Below, piece after piece: positions 31,261 to 45,019 of a stretch of 64,000 nucleotides of DNA. Both the position numbers and the translations under genes were made by a program. The DNA is from Thermoanaerobaculia bacterium (GTDB taxonomy: Bacteria > Acidobacteriota > Thermoanaerobaculia > UBA5066): NCBI GenBank assembly GCA_963719225.1, contig CAVRAY010000001.1, positions 1,120,001 through 1,184,000 on the forward strand, written 5' to 3'. How positions within the stretch are numbered: position 1 is the first letter of the stretch; every line of letters begins with the position of its first letter. The notes beneath the pieces are model-generated. The model was not told where the DNA came from. It was given only the letters and a program-made list of their open reading frames with translations, and searched no databases.

Positions 31261-32440
31261 GTGCGTGCGCCTCGAGCGCGACGGCGAGGTTCGGGTCGTT
31301 CGCCGGAATCAGGGACCGCGTTCCGAGCTCGCGCGCGAACGCCGCGAGCCAAAAGCCGAAGAGCGCGACGGGCGTCGTGAGGTCCAGCCAGTGGACGTTC
31401 AAGCTGCCGGGATGGAACGCGGGAGAAGCGAGCCAGAAGAGATCCACCCACCGCATGAAGAGGAGGAGGCCCGCGGCCCACGCCAGCTTGCGGATGTCGC
31501 GCTTGAAATCTCGAGAGAGGAGGAAGACGAAAGGCACGGCGAATTGAAAGACGGCGAGGAACACCGACAGGGCTCCCCAGAGGCCGTTGAGGCGGGAATG
31601 GAAGAAGCCGATCTCCTCAGGCAGGTTTCCCGACCAGATGATGATGAGCTGCGAAACCGCGAAGTACGCCCAGAGCATCGTGAAAGCCAGAAGGAGGTTT
31701 CCGTGGTCGTGCACGTGGCGGGGCTGGAGGACGCCGCGCATCGGCCCCTTTCGCACGAGGAAGAGGCTGATGAGGAGCGTGAACGACATGCCCGAAATGG
31801 CCTGGCCGCCGACCACGTACATGCCGTAGATCGCCGAGAACCAGTGAGGGTCGAGCGACATGAGGAGGTCCACGGAGGCGATCGTGACGAGGAGGCAGTA
31901 GACGACGAGGCCGGGAGCGGCGACGAGCTGCATCCGGCGCTCGAGGCCCGGCACGGGCGCGTCGTCCTGCTTTTTCGAGAGGCGGCTCAACGCCTGCGCG
32001 AGGACCGTCCAGAGCAGCAGGCAGATGGCGAGCCGTACCGCGAAGAACGCCGGATTCATGTAAGGCGCGCGGTGCCGCAGGATCTCATCGCCCGCGACGC
32101 GGGCCGGATCGGCCCACGGGTAGAGATGCTTGAGCCCGAAGAGGAGCGGGACCGCGAAGAGCGCGACGAGCGGCAGCGTGCGCGCCGAGGCCTCGAGGAT
32201 CCGGCGGATGACGAGCCCCCACGCGCCGCCCGACATGTGGTGGAGCATCGAGATCGCAAGGCTTCCGAGGGCGATGCCGAGGACGAAGACGAACGCCACG
32301 AGGTACGAGCGGTAGAACTGCGCGGGATTCGCGATGAGGCCGGCCGCCGAGACGACGCCGGCGAGCGTGCCGGCGACGAGGCTGCGCCGCCCGAGGGCGG
32401 CGAGATCGGCAAGGGGCGGAGCCCAGCGGGATTCGGTCAT
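31253..32440 (-). CDS. actF: Alternative complex III subunit ActF (NrfD-like membrane protein)
   Basis: About 10 TM; D..MSL.PHWFS.IYG, WAYF..SQ..IIWSGNLPEE. Confidence 0.9.
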   Translation of the reverse strand: MTESRWAPPLADLAALGRRSLVAGTLAGVVSAAGLIANPAQFYRSYLVAFVFVLGIALGSLAISMLHHMSGGAWGLVIRRILEASARTLPLVALFAVPLLFGLKHLYPWADPARVAGDEILRHRAPYMNPAFFAVRLAICLLLWTVLAQALSRLSKKQDDAPVPGLERRMQLVAAPGLVVYCLLVTIASVDLLMSLDPHWFSAIYGMYVVGGQAISGMSFTLLISLFLVRKGPMRGVLQPRHVHDHGNLLLAFTMLWAYFAVSQLIIIWSGNLPEEIGFFHSRLNGLWGALSVFLAVFQFAVPFVFLLSRDFKRDIRKLAWAAGLLLFMRWVDLFWLASPAFHPGSLNVHWLDLTTPVALFGFWLAAFARELGTRSLIPANDPNLAVALEAHAHG

Positions 32441-33108
32441 TTTGTTTCGGAAGAAGACGAAGGAAGAGAAGAATTCTTGGAAGGTGAATGTCCGGAGGCG
32501 GCGGGTTTCGCCTCGCCCTGGCCCGCCACGAGAGCGGCTTTGTCCAGCGCCACTCGATCTTCCTTTCCAAGGAAATCTTCGGGCATGTGCCGGGAGGCCT
32601 GGAGGGTGCGGATCCACGCGACGATCGCCCAGCGGTCTTCGGGCGTCACCTGCACGGCATAGCCAGACATCTGGCCGAAGCCGTTCGTGATGACGTCGAA
32701 GAAGTAGCCCGCGCGCTCGGCTCTGAGTCGCTCCACGTGGTAGGAGGCCGGCTGCTTGAAGCCGCGGTGGACGATCATGCCCTGTCCCTGGCCGGTCCGT
32801 CCGTGGCACGGCGAACAGAAGATGTTGAAGCGCTCCTGGCCGCGCAGGAGAAGCTCGCGCGTGACAGGCACGGGGATCTCCTCGACGAACTTGCCGTCGG
32901 GGCCCTGGCCGCGCGAGAGAGCCGCGTCGCCGCGGAGGAACCCGCGCGCGACGGTGCCCTCGGGCAGCGCGCGTGCCGAGGCGCCGTCCGAAAAGAACGT
33001 GCTTTCGCGGAACGGCTTGATCTTGGCCTGGTGGTGCATGTCGTTCCGGCAGCCCGAGAGCGCGAGCGCGAGAACTGGCGCGGCGGCGAGGAGGAAGCTG
33101 CGGCGCAT
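32437..33108 (-). CDS. actE: Alternative complex III monoheme lipoprotein ActE
   Basis: LSGC lipobox, DM..Q.K, CSPCH, M..YA..V..EDRWAI. Confidence 0.9.
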   Translation of the reverse strand: MRRSFLLAAAPVLALALSGCRNDMHHQAKIKPFRESTFFSDGASARALPEGTVARGFLRGDAALSRGQGPDGKFVEEIPVPVTRELLLRGQERFNIFCSPCHGRTGQGQGMIVHRGFKQPASYHVERLRAERAGYFFDVITNGFGQMSGYAVQVTPEDRWAIVAWIRTLQASRHMPEDFLGKEDRVALDKAALVAGQGEAKPAASGHSPSKNSSLPSSSSETK

Positions 33109-33718
33109 CAGTCCTCCACGTCCGAGACGAGGCTCGCGCCGAGCGTCTCCATGAAGCGGAAGGTGTCGCCGGCGCGGAAGCGCGGGTCGCGCGCGAGGAT
33201 CATGAGGAAGTACCGGTCGCGCGAGGCGAGCTGGAACCGCGGCACGGAGAAGACCGGGTGGTACGGCATCGGCAGGCCGTTCAGCACGAGCATGCCGAGC
33301 ACGGCCGCGATCCCCGCGAAGAGGATCGTGCACTCGAACGTGATCGGAATGAAGGACACCCAGCTGTTGTACGGGCGCCCTCCGATGTTCAGCGGGTAGT
33401 CGACGGCCGAAGTCCAGTACTGGAGGAAGAAGCCGAAGAAGCCCCCCAGGATCCCTCCGATCAGGACCAGGAGGGGAACCCGGGACGGGCCGTGCCCGAT
33501 CGCGTCATGCAGCTCCTCGATCGGATAGGGCGTGTAGGCCTCGATGACCTGGTAGCCCTCTTTGCGGACCGCGTGAACCGCGTGGACGAGCGCTTCGGGC
33601 TTTCCGAACTCGGCGATCACGCCGTAGAGGTGCGGGGGCAGATCGCCGCCCTCCTCGCGCGGGCCGGGCGTTCCGAACTCCGGCTTGACGTGGCGGGTGA
33701 ACAGCCGCGACAGGAAGC

Positions 33719-33722
<4 letters not shown>
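33108..33722 (-). CDS. actD: Alternative complex III subunit ActD (DUF3341)
   Basis: AYTPYP, YPLNIGGRP, FIPITFE. Confidence 0.9.
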
Positions 33723-35095
<1,373 letters not shown>

Positions 35096-35100
35096 TCGCC

Positions 35101-38009
<2,909 letters not shown>

Positions 38010-38013
<4 letters not shown>

Positions 38014-38666
38014 CGGTGGCACGTGCTGCAGTTCGTGAGCGCGATGGTGGATCGGAGGTTGTTCTGCTTCGCGAGCTCTCGTCCCAGCGTCTCCTGATCG
38101 GCCGCGGCCCAGGTGAGGTCGAAGATCCTGTCCTTCGGGCGCAGGGACTTCTCCGGGTTGCGGTGGCAGGCGATGCACCACTCCATCTGGAGCGACGGGA
38201 ACTGCGCCGTGAGGCGCATCTTGTCGACGCGGCCGTGGCAGGAGACGCACCCGACTCCTTTCGCCACGTGGATGCTGTGGTCGAAATACACGAAGTCCGG
38301 CAGGTCGTAGACCTTTCTCCAGTTCAGGGGCTTTCCGGTCCGGAAGCTCTCGCGGACCGGCTCGAGCATCGGGCTGTCGTTCCAGATGAGCTTGTGGCAG
38401 TTGATGCAGGTCGCCGTCGGCGGAATTCCGGCCGAGGCGCTCTTCTCGACGAAGGAATGGCAGTAGCGGCAGTCGATCCCGAGGCCGGCCACGTGATGCT
38501 CGTGGCCGAAGGGCACGGGCTGCTTCACCGTAACGCCCTGGTTCGTGTTGTAGGCGGATCGGTTCAGGATGGACGCCCCCCACCCGACGCCACCGAGGAT
38601 GAACACCGCGCCCCAGATCGAGAGGCGCGAGATGGCGTTCGTGCTCCGATTGAAGATCTGTGGCAT
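38010..38666 (-). CDS. actA: Alternative complex III pentaheme cytochrome ActA
   Basis: N-terminal TM and five CxxCH motifs (CRYCH, CINCH, CVSCH, CIACH, CSTCH). Confidence 0.95.
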
Positions 38667-38690
38667 CGAGGCGCCGGGAATTTACCAGAT

Positions 38691-38720
38691 AAAGGAAAGG
38701 CCGCCGGTCGCCCGGCGGCC
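38691..38720 (-). terminator. Intrinsic terminator after the small Cys-rich peptide gene
   Basis: GGCCGCCGG-GCGA-CCGGCGGCC then TTTCCTTT on the minus strand. Confidence 0.65.
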
Positions 38721-38745
38721 CTTCGAGAACACGGCGATTGCCGCG

Positions 38746-38871
38746 CTATTTCGCGGGGCAGGTGGAAGCGCCGCAGCAACCACCGCCGCACGTTGCACTC
38801 GAGGTCGCGGAGGCGACCGTGCCGAGGGCGGCGACGAAAACGAGCAGCAGCGCGAACAGGGTCTTCTTCAT
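38746..38871 (-). CDS. 41-aa secreted Cys-rich peptide (MKKTLFALLLVFVAALGTVASATSSATCGGGCCGASTCPAK)
   Basis: GAGGAG SD 7 nt before ATG, classic signal peptide, upstream TATGCT hexamer, downstream terminator. Confidence 0.75.
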   Translation of the reverse strand: MKKTLFALLLVFVAALGTVASATSSATCGGGCCGASTCPAK

Positions 38872-38964
38872 GATTCTTCTCCTCGGAGCTCTTGCTCCGA
38901 TGTTTTCGGAAATCAGGAGATTCGGATTTTCTTCACGGAAGAAGCATACCCCTAGAATCCCCGC

Positions 38965-40674
38965 GTGACTTCCCGTTTCACTCGCTCGCGCTTCATGGCG
39001 CCCGTCGTCGTGCTGTCGATCGTCCTCGCGCTCCGCGCCGCCTCGCTCACCTCGCTCCTTGCCACCCCGCTCGCGTCGTGGCACCTCTGGATGGAGACGG
39101 ACGAGCACGCCTACGTCGAGTGGTCGGCCCGCCTCGCGGCGGGGAACTGGGCGGACGTGCCCGCGTACCGGGCGTACTTCAACTGGCAGAAGGAGTACGG
39201 CCCGCCGGAGACGTGGGAGCGCTGGTACCAGAAGAACGCGTACTATGCCGGGCCGCTCTATCCCTACGGCCTCGCTGTCCTCAGAAAGATCTTCGGCTCG
39301 CCTTTCCTGCCGGCGCGCGTTCTGCAACTTCTTCTGGCGTGTCTCGCATCCGCATTTCTTGCGGCGGCAATTCAAGGAGTCGGAGAAGATTTTCCTAGAA
39401 GGGAAGAAGGGAAGGGCGGGCGTGCGGTCTTGTGGTCGGCGATCGCCGGAGGCGTTCTCTACGGAGCGTACGGCCCCCTCGTCTTCCACGATTTCTTCCT
39501 TTACCGCGACGGCCCCGTCGCGCACCTCTCGACGCTCCTCGTGGCGTTGCCGCTGATAGCACGGGGAGGGAGCGAAGGGAAGATTTCTTCGAATGGTGAA
39601 GAGGGGAACGGCAAGCGGCGGGGATGGGCCGCGCTTTTTCTGGGCCTGCTGGGGGGCGCGGCAACCCTGATGAAGCAGACGGTGCTTCCCCTCGCGCTCT
39701 TCTCTCTCTATTCACTTTCAAAGAAATCCGAGTCCCCCGGCGGCCGCGGACGCGGCCGCTCCCTCCTCTTCGGACTCATCGGTCTCGCTCTTCCTCTCTC
39801 CGTCCTCTGCATCCGAAACGTCTCCGTCGGCGTCCCGCCGCTGACGTTCGACACGCGCCAGTCGATCGGCCTCGCGTGGGGAAACGGGTTCGGAGCCGAC
39901 GCGACGACGAATCCGGCGCCGGGAATGAAGGAGATCCTGGAGGAGGCCGGCGGGTCCACGTCGAAGACGGCGAAGCTCGTCCTCGCCGGCTACCGGGATC
40001 AGCCGCTCGAGCTGCCGAAGCTGTTCCTGAAGAAGACCGCGACTTTCTTCAACGTCTACGAGGTCCCCGACAACGCGAACTTCTACTTCTTCCGCGACCG
40101 GCTTCCGCTGCTGAAGGTACTGCCCGTCTTTCCCTGCCTCCTCGGCACCGGACTGGTCGGGCTGTTCGCCGCGCTCGCGCGCGGCGTGCTGAGAAAGGAA
40201 GAAGGGCTTCTGGCGGCCGTCGGCATCGTCGGGCCGCTCGCGGCGTGCTTGCTGGTTCAGACGACGTCCCGATATCGCGTGGGAGCGGCCGGGCCACTCG
40301 CGCTCGGAACGGGTCTCTTCTTCCTCTTGACCTTCGAAGAAATACGCGCGCGCCGGCAGCGAAACGCTTTCCTTCTGGCTGCGGCCGCGGGAGCACTGTC
40401 TCTCGTGACATTGCTTCCCTCGGTGATCCCGACGCGCAAGCACCGCTTCTCGGATACGCTCGTCTACGCGACGATCGTCGAGGCGCAGGAGGGGCCGGCG
40501 GCCGCGGCCGCCGAAGTGCGCCGGTATCTCGATGAAGGAGGCGATGACGAAAGCCGGGCAACCGGCATCGCGGCCCTACGCTACTGGGCGGAAAGCGGCG
40601 ACCGCTCGGGGTCGCTCGTCGAGCCCCCCGGCATCGCGCCGCCGGAGCGGCGCGTGCGGAAGAAAGAGAATTAG
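38965..40674 (+). CDS. Polytopic membrane protein, GT-C (PMT/ArnT-like) glycosyltransferase-like
   Basis: TM1 followed by DE..Y..W; PLYPY.LA, RVLQ, RN......, GN, E.PDN, RYR motifs typical of GT-C/PMT_2-like proteins. Confidence 0.7.
   Translation: MTSRFTRSRFMAPVVVLSIVLALRAASLTSLLATPLASWHLWMETDEHAYVEWSARLAAGNWADVPAYRAYFNWQKEYGPPETWERWYQKNAYYAGPLYPYGLAVLRKIFGSPFLPARVLQLLLACLASAFLAAAIQGVGEDFPRREEGKGGRAVLWSAIAGGVLYGAYGPLVFHDFFLYRDGPVAHLSTLLVALPLIARGGSEGKISSNGEEGNGKRRGWAALFLGLLGGAATLMKQTVLPLALFSLYSLSKKSESPGGRGRGRSLLFGLIGLALPLSVLCIRNVSVGVPPLTFDTRQSIGLAWGNGFGADATTNPAPGMKEILEEAGGSTSKTAKLVLAGYRDQPLELPKLFLKKTATFFNVYEVPDNANFYFFRDRLPLLKVLPVFPCLLGTGLVGLFAALARGVLRKEEGLLAAVGIVGPLAACLLVQTTSRYRVGAAGPLALGTGLFFLLTFEEIRARRQRNAFLLAAAAGALSLVTLLPSVIPTRKHRFSDTLVYATIVEAQEGPAAAAAEVRRYLDEGGDDESRATGIAALRYWAESGDRSGSLVEPPGIAPPERRVRKKEN
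39383..39419 (+). repeat. Copy of the dispersed purine-rich motif (34/37 identical to 2994-3030)
   Basis: GAGAAGATTTTCCTAGAAGGGAAGAAGGGAAGGGCGG. Confidence 0.8.
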
Positions 40675-42920
40675 CGCGGGCGGAAGCCGCCGCCGCCCGG
40701 CCTGCCGCGGAAGCCGCCGCCGCCGCCAGGCCGCCGGTCGCGGTCGAAGTGGCGCGGGCGGTCGTCGCGTCCACCGTCTCCCTCGCCCGCCACGACCGCC
40801 GCCGTGAGGCCGAGCCGCTCGATCTCGGCGGCCGTCTCCTCGGGCGTGAGCGCCTGGCGGCGCGAAAGCTTGATCTTCCCGTTCACGGGGTCGATCGCGA
40901 TGATCTTGACCTTGACCTTGTCGCCCATCTTCACGACGTCGGTCGTCTCGCGCACGCGTCCCGGCGCGAGCTCGGAGATGTGGACGAGGCCGTCCATGCC
41001 CGGAAGGATCTGCACGAAGCAGCCGTAGGGCTCGATGCGCATGACCGTGCCGAGGTACTCGGTGCCGATCTCCGGGACCGTCGTGAGCTGGCGGATCGCC
41101 TCGATGCACTTCTCGGCCGTCGGCATGTCGCTGGAGGCGACCGTGACGGTGCCGTCGTCCTGCACGTCGATCTTGCAGGAGTATTCCTTCTGGAGCGCGC
41201 GAATGGTCTTGCCGCCGGAGCCGATGACGTCGCGGATCTTCTCCTCTGGCACCGTGATCGTGAGGAGGCGTGGCGCGAACGCGGAGAGCTCGGGGCGGGC
41301 GGCGTTCAAGGTCTGCTCCATCTTGTCGAGGATGAAGAGCCTGCCGTGGCGCGCCTGCTCGAGGGCCTGCTGGAAGATCTGCGGCGTGATGCCGCCGATC
41401 TTGATGTCCATCTGGAGGGCCGTGATGCCCGTGCGCGTGCCCGCGACCTTGAAGTCCATGTCGCCGTAGTGATCTTCCTGTCCGGCGATGTCCGTCAGGA
41501 CGGCGAACGCGTCGCCTTCCTTCACGAGGCCCATCGCAACGCCCGCGACCGCGCCCTTGACGGGCACGCCGGCGTCCATGAGCGCGATGGAGGCGCCGCA
41601 GATCGTCGCCATCGACGACGAGCCGTTCGACTCGAGGATGTCGGATACGACGCGGATCGTGTACGGGAACTCCTTCTCGTCCGGCAGGACCGCCTGGAGA
41701 GAGCGCCACGCGAGGCGGCCGTGGCCGATCTCGCGGCGGCCGGGAGAGCCGAACCGCTTGACCTCGCCGACGGAGAAGGGCGGGAAGTTGTAGTGAAGGA
41801 GGAACGCGCGCTCGGACTCGCCCTCGAGGTCCTCGATGAGCTGGGTGTCGTCGGAGGTGCCGAGCGTCACGGTGACGAGCGCCTGCGTCTCGCCGCGCGT
41901 GAAGAGCGACGAGCCGTGCGTCCGCGGGAGGACGCCCGCCTCGATCGTGATGGGGCGGATCTGGTCGAAGGCGCGGCCGTCGAGGCGCTTCCTCTGCTTG
42001 ACGATCGTCTCGCGCGTGAGCGTCTCGACGAGCTCGGAAAGCGCGCGCTTCGCCAGCTTGCGCGTCTCCGGCTGGTCCTCGGGGATCAGCTCGACGCCGT
42101 ATTTCTTGACTTCCTTGATCTTCGCGTACGACTCGATCTTCCCGGGATGCGTGAGGGCCTCCATCATCGGACCCTCCCACTGGCCGCGGACGGCCGCCGC
42201 GAAGTCCGCGGGGACGGGCGCCAGAGGCGTGAACGGCGCCTTCACCACGTTGCGCCGCGCGGCCATCGCGGCGATGGCCTCGACGATCTTCCTCACCTGC
42301 GCGTGCCCGCTCAGGATCGCCTCGAGCATCACGGCCTCGGAGACCTCCTTCGCGCCCGCCTCGACCATCGAGACCGCGTCGTGCGTGCCGACGACCATGA
42401 GATCGAGCTCGGATTCCTTGCGCTCCTTCGCGGTCGGGTTGAAGACGAAGCGCTCACCGATCTTTCCGACGCGGACGGCGCCGAGGATGTGGTGAAAGGG
42501 GATCGTGTTGATCGCGAGCGCCGCGGCGGCGCCGTTGATCGCGAGGACGTCGGGATCGTTCTCGCCGTCGGCCGAGAGGACGAGGCCCACGATCTGGGTC
42601 TCGTGGTTGAAGCCCTCGGGGAAGAGCGGGCGGAACGGCCGGTCGATCATCCGGCACGTGAGAATCTCCTTCTCGGTGGGGCGCCCCTCGCGCTTGAAGA
42701 AGCCCCCCGGAATCCGGCCCGCCGCGTACGCGTATTCCTTGTACTCGACGGTGAGCGGAAGGAAGTCGATGTCCTTCGCTTCCTTCGCGTAGCAGGCGGT
42801 CACGAGAACCATCGTGTCGCCGCACTTCACGACGGCGGCGCCGTCGGACTGCTTGGCGATCTTGCCGGTTTCGATCGTGAGGGGACGGCCATCGAGATCG
42901 ACGGTCAGGGTGTCGTACAT
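40671..42920 (-). CDS. pnp: Polyribonucleotide nucleotidyltransferase
   Basis: IPGGFFKREGRP, RGETQ, RREIGHG, GDMDFKVAG, KH and S1 domains. Confidence 0.98.
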   Translation of the reverse strand: MYDTLTVDLDGRPLTIETGKIAKQSDGAAVVKCGDTMVLVTACYAKEAKDIDFLPLTVEYKEYAYAAGRIPGGFFKREGRPTEKEILTCRMIDRPFRPLFPEGFNHETQIVGLVLSADGENDPDVLAINGAAAALAINTIPFHHILGAVRVGKIGERFVFNPTAKERKESELDLMVVGTHDAVSMVEAGAKEVSEAVMLEAILSGHAQVRKIVEAIAAMAARRNVVKAPFTPLAPVPADFAAAVRGQWEGPMMEALTHPGKIESYAKIKEVKKYGVELIPEDQPETRKLAKRALSELVETLTRETIVKQRKRLDGRAFDQIRPITIEAGVLPRTHGSSLFTRGETQALVTVTLGTSDDTQLIEDLEGESERAFLLHYNFPPFSVGEVKRFGSPGRREIGHGRLAWRSLQAVLPDEKEFPYTIRVVSDILESNGSSSMATICGASIALMDAGVPVKGAVAGVAMGLVKEGDAFAVLTDIAGQEDHYGDMDFKVAGTRTGITALQMDIKIGGITPQIFQQALEQARHGRLFILDKMEQTLNAARPELSAFAPRLLTITVPEEKIRDVIGSGGKTIRALQKEYSCKIDVQDDGTVTVASSDMPTAEKCIEAIRQLTTVPEIGTEYLGTVMRIEPYGCFVQILPGMDGLVHISELAPGRVRETTDVVKMGDKVKVKIIAIDPVNGKIKLSRRQALTPEETAAEIERLGLTAAVVAGEGDGGRDDRPRHFDRDRRPGGGGGFRGRPGGGGFRPR

Positions 42921-43014
42921 GGGCAATTCCTTTCGCGTGGCCCTGCCCGGCGCGCACGAGAATCCAGCCGCGGAATGCGGGCCGGGGCGTGCCGCCGAAC
43001 GTGAGGAAGAAGGA

Positions 43015-43284
43015 CTACTTGCGGAGTCCGAGGCGTTCGATCAGGGCCCGGTACCGCTCCGCGTCGCGCCTCTTCACGTAATCGAGCAGGCGCCGCCGCC
43101 GGCCGACCATCTGGAGGAGCCCCCTCCTCGAGTGATGGTCCTTGGCGTGGGCCTTGAAGTGCTCGGTCAGCTCGGAGATGCGCTTGGAGAGAAGGGCGAC
43201 CTGGACCTCAGGGGATCCCGTGTCGCTCTCATGGCGCCGGTAGCTGGTGATCGTTTCCGCCTTCTTCGTGGTGAGCTGGGCCAA
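43015..43284 (-). CDS. rpsO: 30S ribosomal protein S15
   Basis: [26 protein letters not shown]; TTG start. Confidence 0.98.
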   Translation of the reverse strand: MAQLTTKKAETITSYRRHESDTGSPEVQVALLSKRISELTEHFKAHAKDHHSRRGLLQMVGRRRRLLDYVKRRDAERYRALIERLGLRK

Positions 43285-43432
43285 TGTCTTTTTTTCCTTA
43301 GATATCTCTAATTTTTCAGCCCGCGAAGTCTACCGGGAACGCGGAAGGCGGTCAATCGGGCGGCAAGTGATGGTGAGGGAGCGGTTTGGCATGACCTCTT
43401 TGCTCTAGAACGCGATCGAGGTCTCATCCGCC

Positions 43433-43750
43433 TCATCCGTCGCAGCCCACGGCAATGGCGAGTGCCCGACAGACATCCCGCATTCTCCCCGGCGAGAGAC
43501 GACCGACGTAGCCCCTGAGGCGCGAGCGCTCGATCGTCTGGACGTGGTCGAGGTTCACCGCTGATTCGAATTTCAAGCCCTCGGGCACCCCGACACTCAC
43601 CTCGCTCGGGGCCCCTCGAATCGTCGAGGTGACGGGCGCGACCATGACGGTGTGAAGGAGCGGAATCACCTCGTCCCGCGTGAGAATCAGAACGGGCCGG
43701 ATCTTGTCGGGCGCCTTGAATCCATAGCGCCAGATCTCGCCCCGGCTCAC
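43433..43750 (-). CDS. mazF: PemK/MazF-family toxin
   Basis: RGEIW, RPVLIL, VAPVTS, VN.D..QTI...RL; GTG overlaps the antitoxin stop. Confidence 0.9.
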   Translation of the reverse strand: MSRGEIWRYGFKAPDKIRPVLILTRDEVIPLLHTVMVAPVTSTIRGAPSEVSVGVPEGLKFESAVNLDHVQTIERSRLRGYVGRLSPGRMRDVCRALAIAVGCDG

Positions 43751-43980
43751 TTCGCGGGCCACGACCCCTCGCGCTCCCATCCGCTGAACTCGTCGGAGAT
43801 TCCCAACCGGGTTCCGTAGGCTCGTTGATACGCTGCGGCGATTCGGCGCTTGCGGCTCCGGCTCAAGTACTCCGCGGCGGCCCGCCGCAATACCGCGGAC
43901 CGTCCCACCTGGCGGACCTCGGGGTCGGCGTCGAGCTTCTTGAGGAGCGGCTCATCGAGGACGACCTGTACAGCTTTCAT
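43747..43980 (-). CDS. Ribbon-helix-helix (CopG-like) antitoxin
   Basis: MKAVQVVLDE.LL..LD...RSAV.R.A; directly upstream of mazF. Confidence 0.85.
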   Translation of the reverse strand: MKAVQVVLDEPLLKKLDADPEVRQVGRSAVLRRAAAEYLSRSRKRRIAAAYQRAYGTRLGISDEFSGWEREGSWPAK

Positions 43981-43986
43981 GTTGAC

Positions 43987-44014
43987 AGTATATAAACAGT
44001 GAGGGGAAGGTCAA
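43987..44014 (-). promoter_or_regulatory. Sigma70-type promoter for a leaderless antitoxin mRNA
   Basis: TTGACC-N16-TATACT-N6-ATG. Confidence 0.75.
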
Positions 44015-44086
44015 AGGCGAAGCGCACCTTCCGCGCGGTCGGACGGTACGGTCAGCGCCACCGCCCGAGCAGAACAATGTTCGAAA

Positions 44087-45019
44087 TCACTCCGCGAGGA
44101 CGATCTTCGGCCGGGCGAGCGCGAGGACGCCCCTGCCGAGCGGCTCGAGGATGCCGAGGGCGAGGAGGTCGCCGCCCGCCGTCAGGCGCACCATCGGCGC
44201 GCCCGCGGCGTCGGGCGGGACCCGGACGGGCACGCCGTGCCCGCTCTTCACCTTCGCCGCTTCGGCGGGAGCGAGAGGGACCGCCGGGAACGGGAGCGGG
44301 ATTTCCGAGAGAGAGAGCCAGAACGGCTTAGACAGGCGCTCCGCGGGCGCGAGCGCCTCGAGCTCGGCCAGAGTGCGCGCGTCCTCGAGTCGGAAGGGCC
44401 CGATCGAGGTGCGGCGGAGCGACGCGAGATGGGCGCCGAAGCCGAGCGCTTTTCCGACGTCGTGCGCGAGCGAGCGGATGTACGTGCCCGACGTGCACGA
44501 GATGCGGAAGCGGGCGACATCGCCCTCGAGGGCGAGGATCGCGAATTCGTGGACGGTGACCGTCTTCGGGAGGTCGGGCACGGCCTCGCCTTTTCGCGCC
44601 AGTTCGTAGAACTTGCGGCCTTCGAACTTTTTCGCGGAGAAAGGCGGCGGCGACTGCCGGATCTCGCCCGTGAACGAGCGGCAGACCTCCTCGAGGCGCG
44701 CGCGCTCCGGACGGGGATCGGGGTGCGGCTCTCCGGCGGGCGTCCCCTCGGTGTCGTACGTGTCCGTCACGATGCCGAAGCGCATCGTGCCCTCGTACGT
44801 CTTCTCCCAGCCCGTGAGGAACGACTGCAGCCGCCCGGCGCGGCCCACGCACAGGACGAGGAGCCCGGTCGCCGCGGGATCCAGCGTTCCCGTGTGTCCG
44901 ATGCGCCGCGTGCCGAGGAGCCGGCGCGCCACGTCCACGACGTCGTGGGACGTGAGCTTCGCGGGCTTGTCGACGAGGAGGAGGCCGGAAGGACCCTCGG
45001 AGCGCGGCGATCCCGTCAC
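44087..45019 (-). CDS. truB: tRNA pseudouridine(55) synthase
   Basis: DKP...TSHDVV, GHTGTLDP.ATG, Q.PP.FSA.K, GTYIRSLA.D.G. Confidence 0.96.
   Translation of the reverse strand: MTGSPRSEGPSGLLLVDKPAKLTSHDVVDVARRLLGTRRIGHTGTLDPAATGLLVLCVGRAGRLQSFLTGWEKTYEGTMRFGIVTDTYDTEGTPAGEPHPDPRPERARLEEVCRSFTGEIRQSPPPFSAKKFEGRKFYELARKGEAVPDLPKTVTVHEFAILALEGDVARFRISCTSGTYIRSLAHDVGKALGFGAHLASLRRTSIGPFRLEDARTLAELEALAPAERLSKPFWLSLSEIPLPFPAVPLAPAEAAKVKSGHGVPVRVPPDAAGAPMVRLTAGGDLLALGILEPLGRGVLALARPKIVLAE

Noticed and set aside
38746-38871. Cys-rich peptide as a RiPP precursor or attenuator leader for actA
   Set aside because: No modifying enzymes adjacent; it has a Sec-type signal peptide, and actA has its own candidate -10 (TGGTAAATT) downstream of the terminator.
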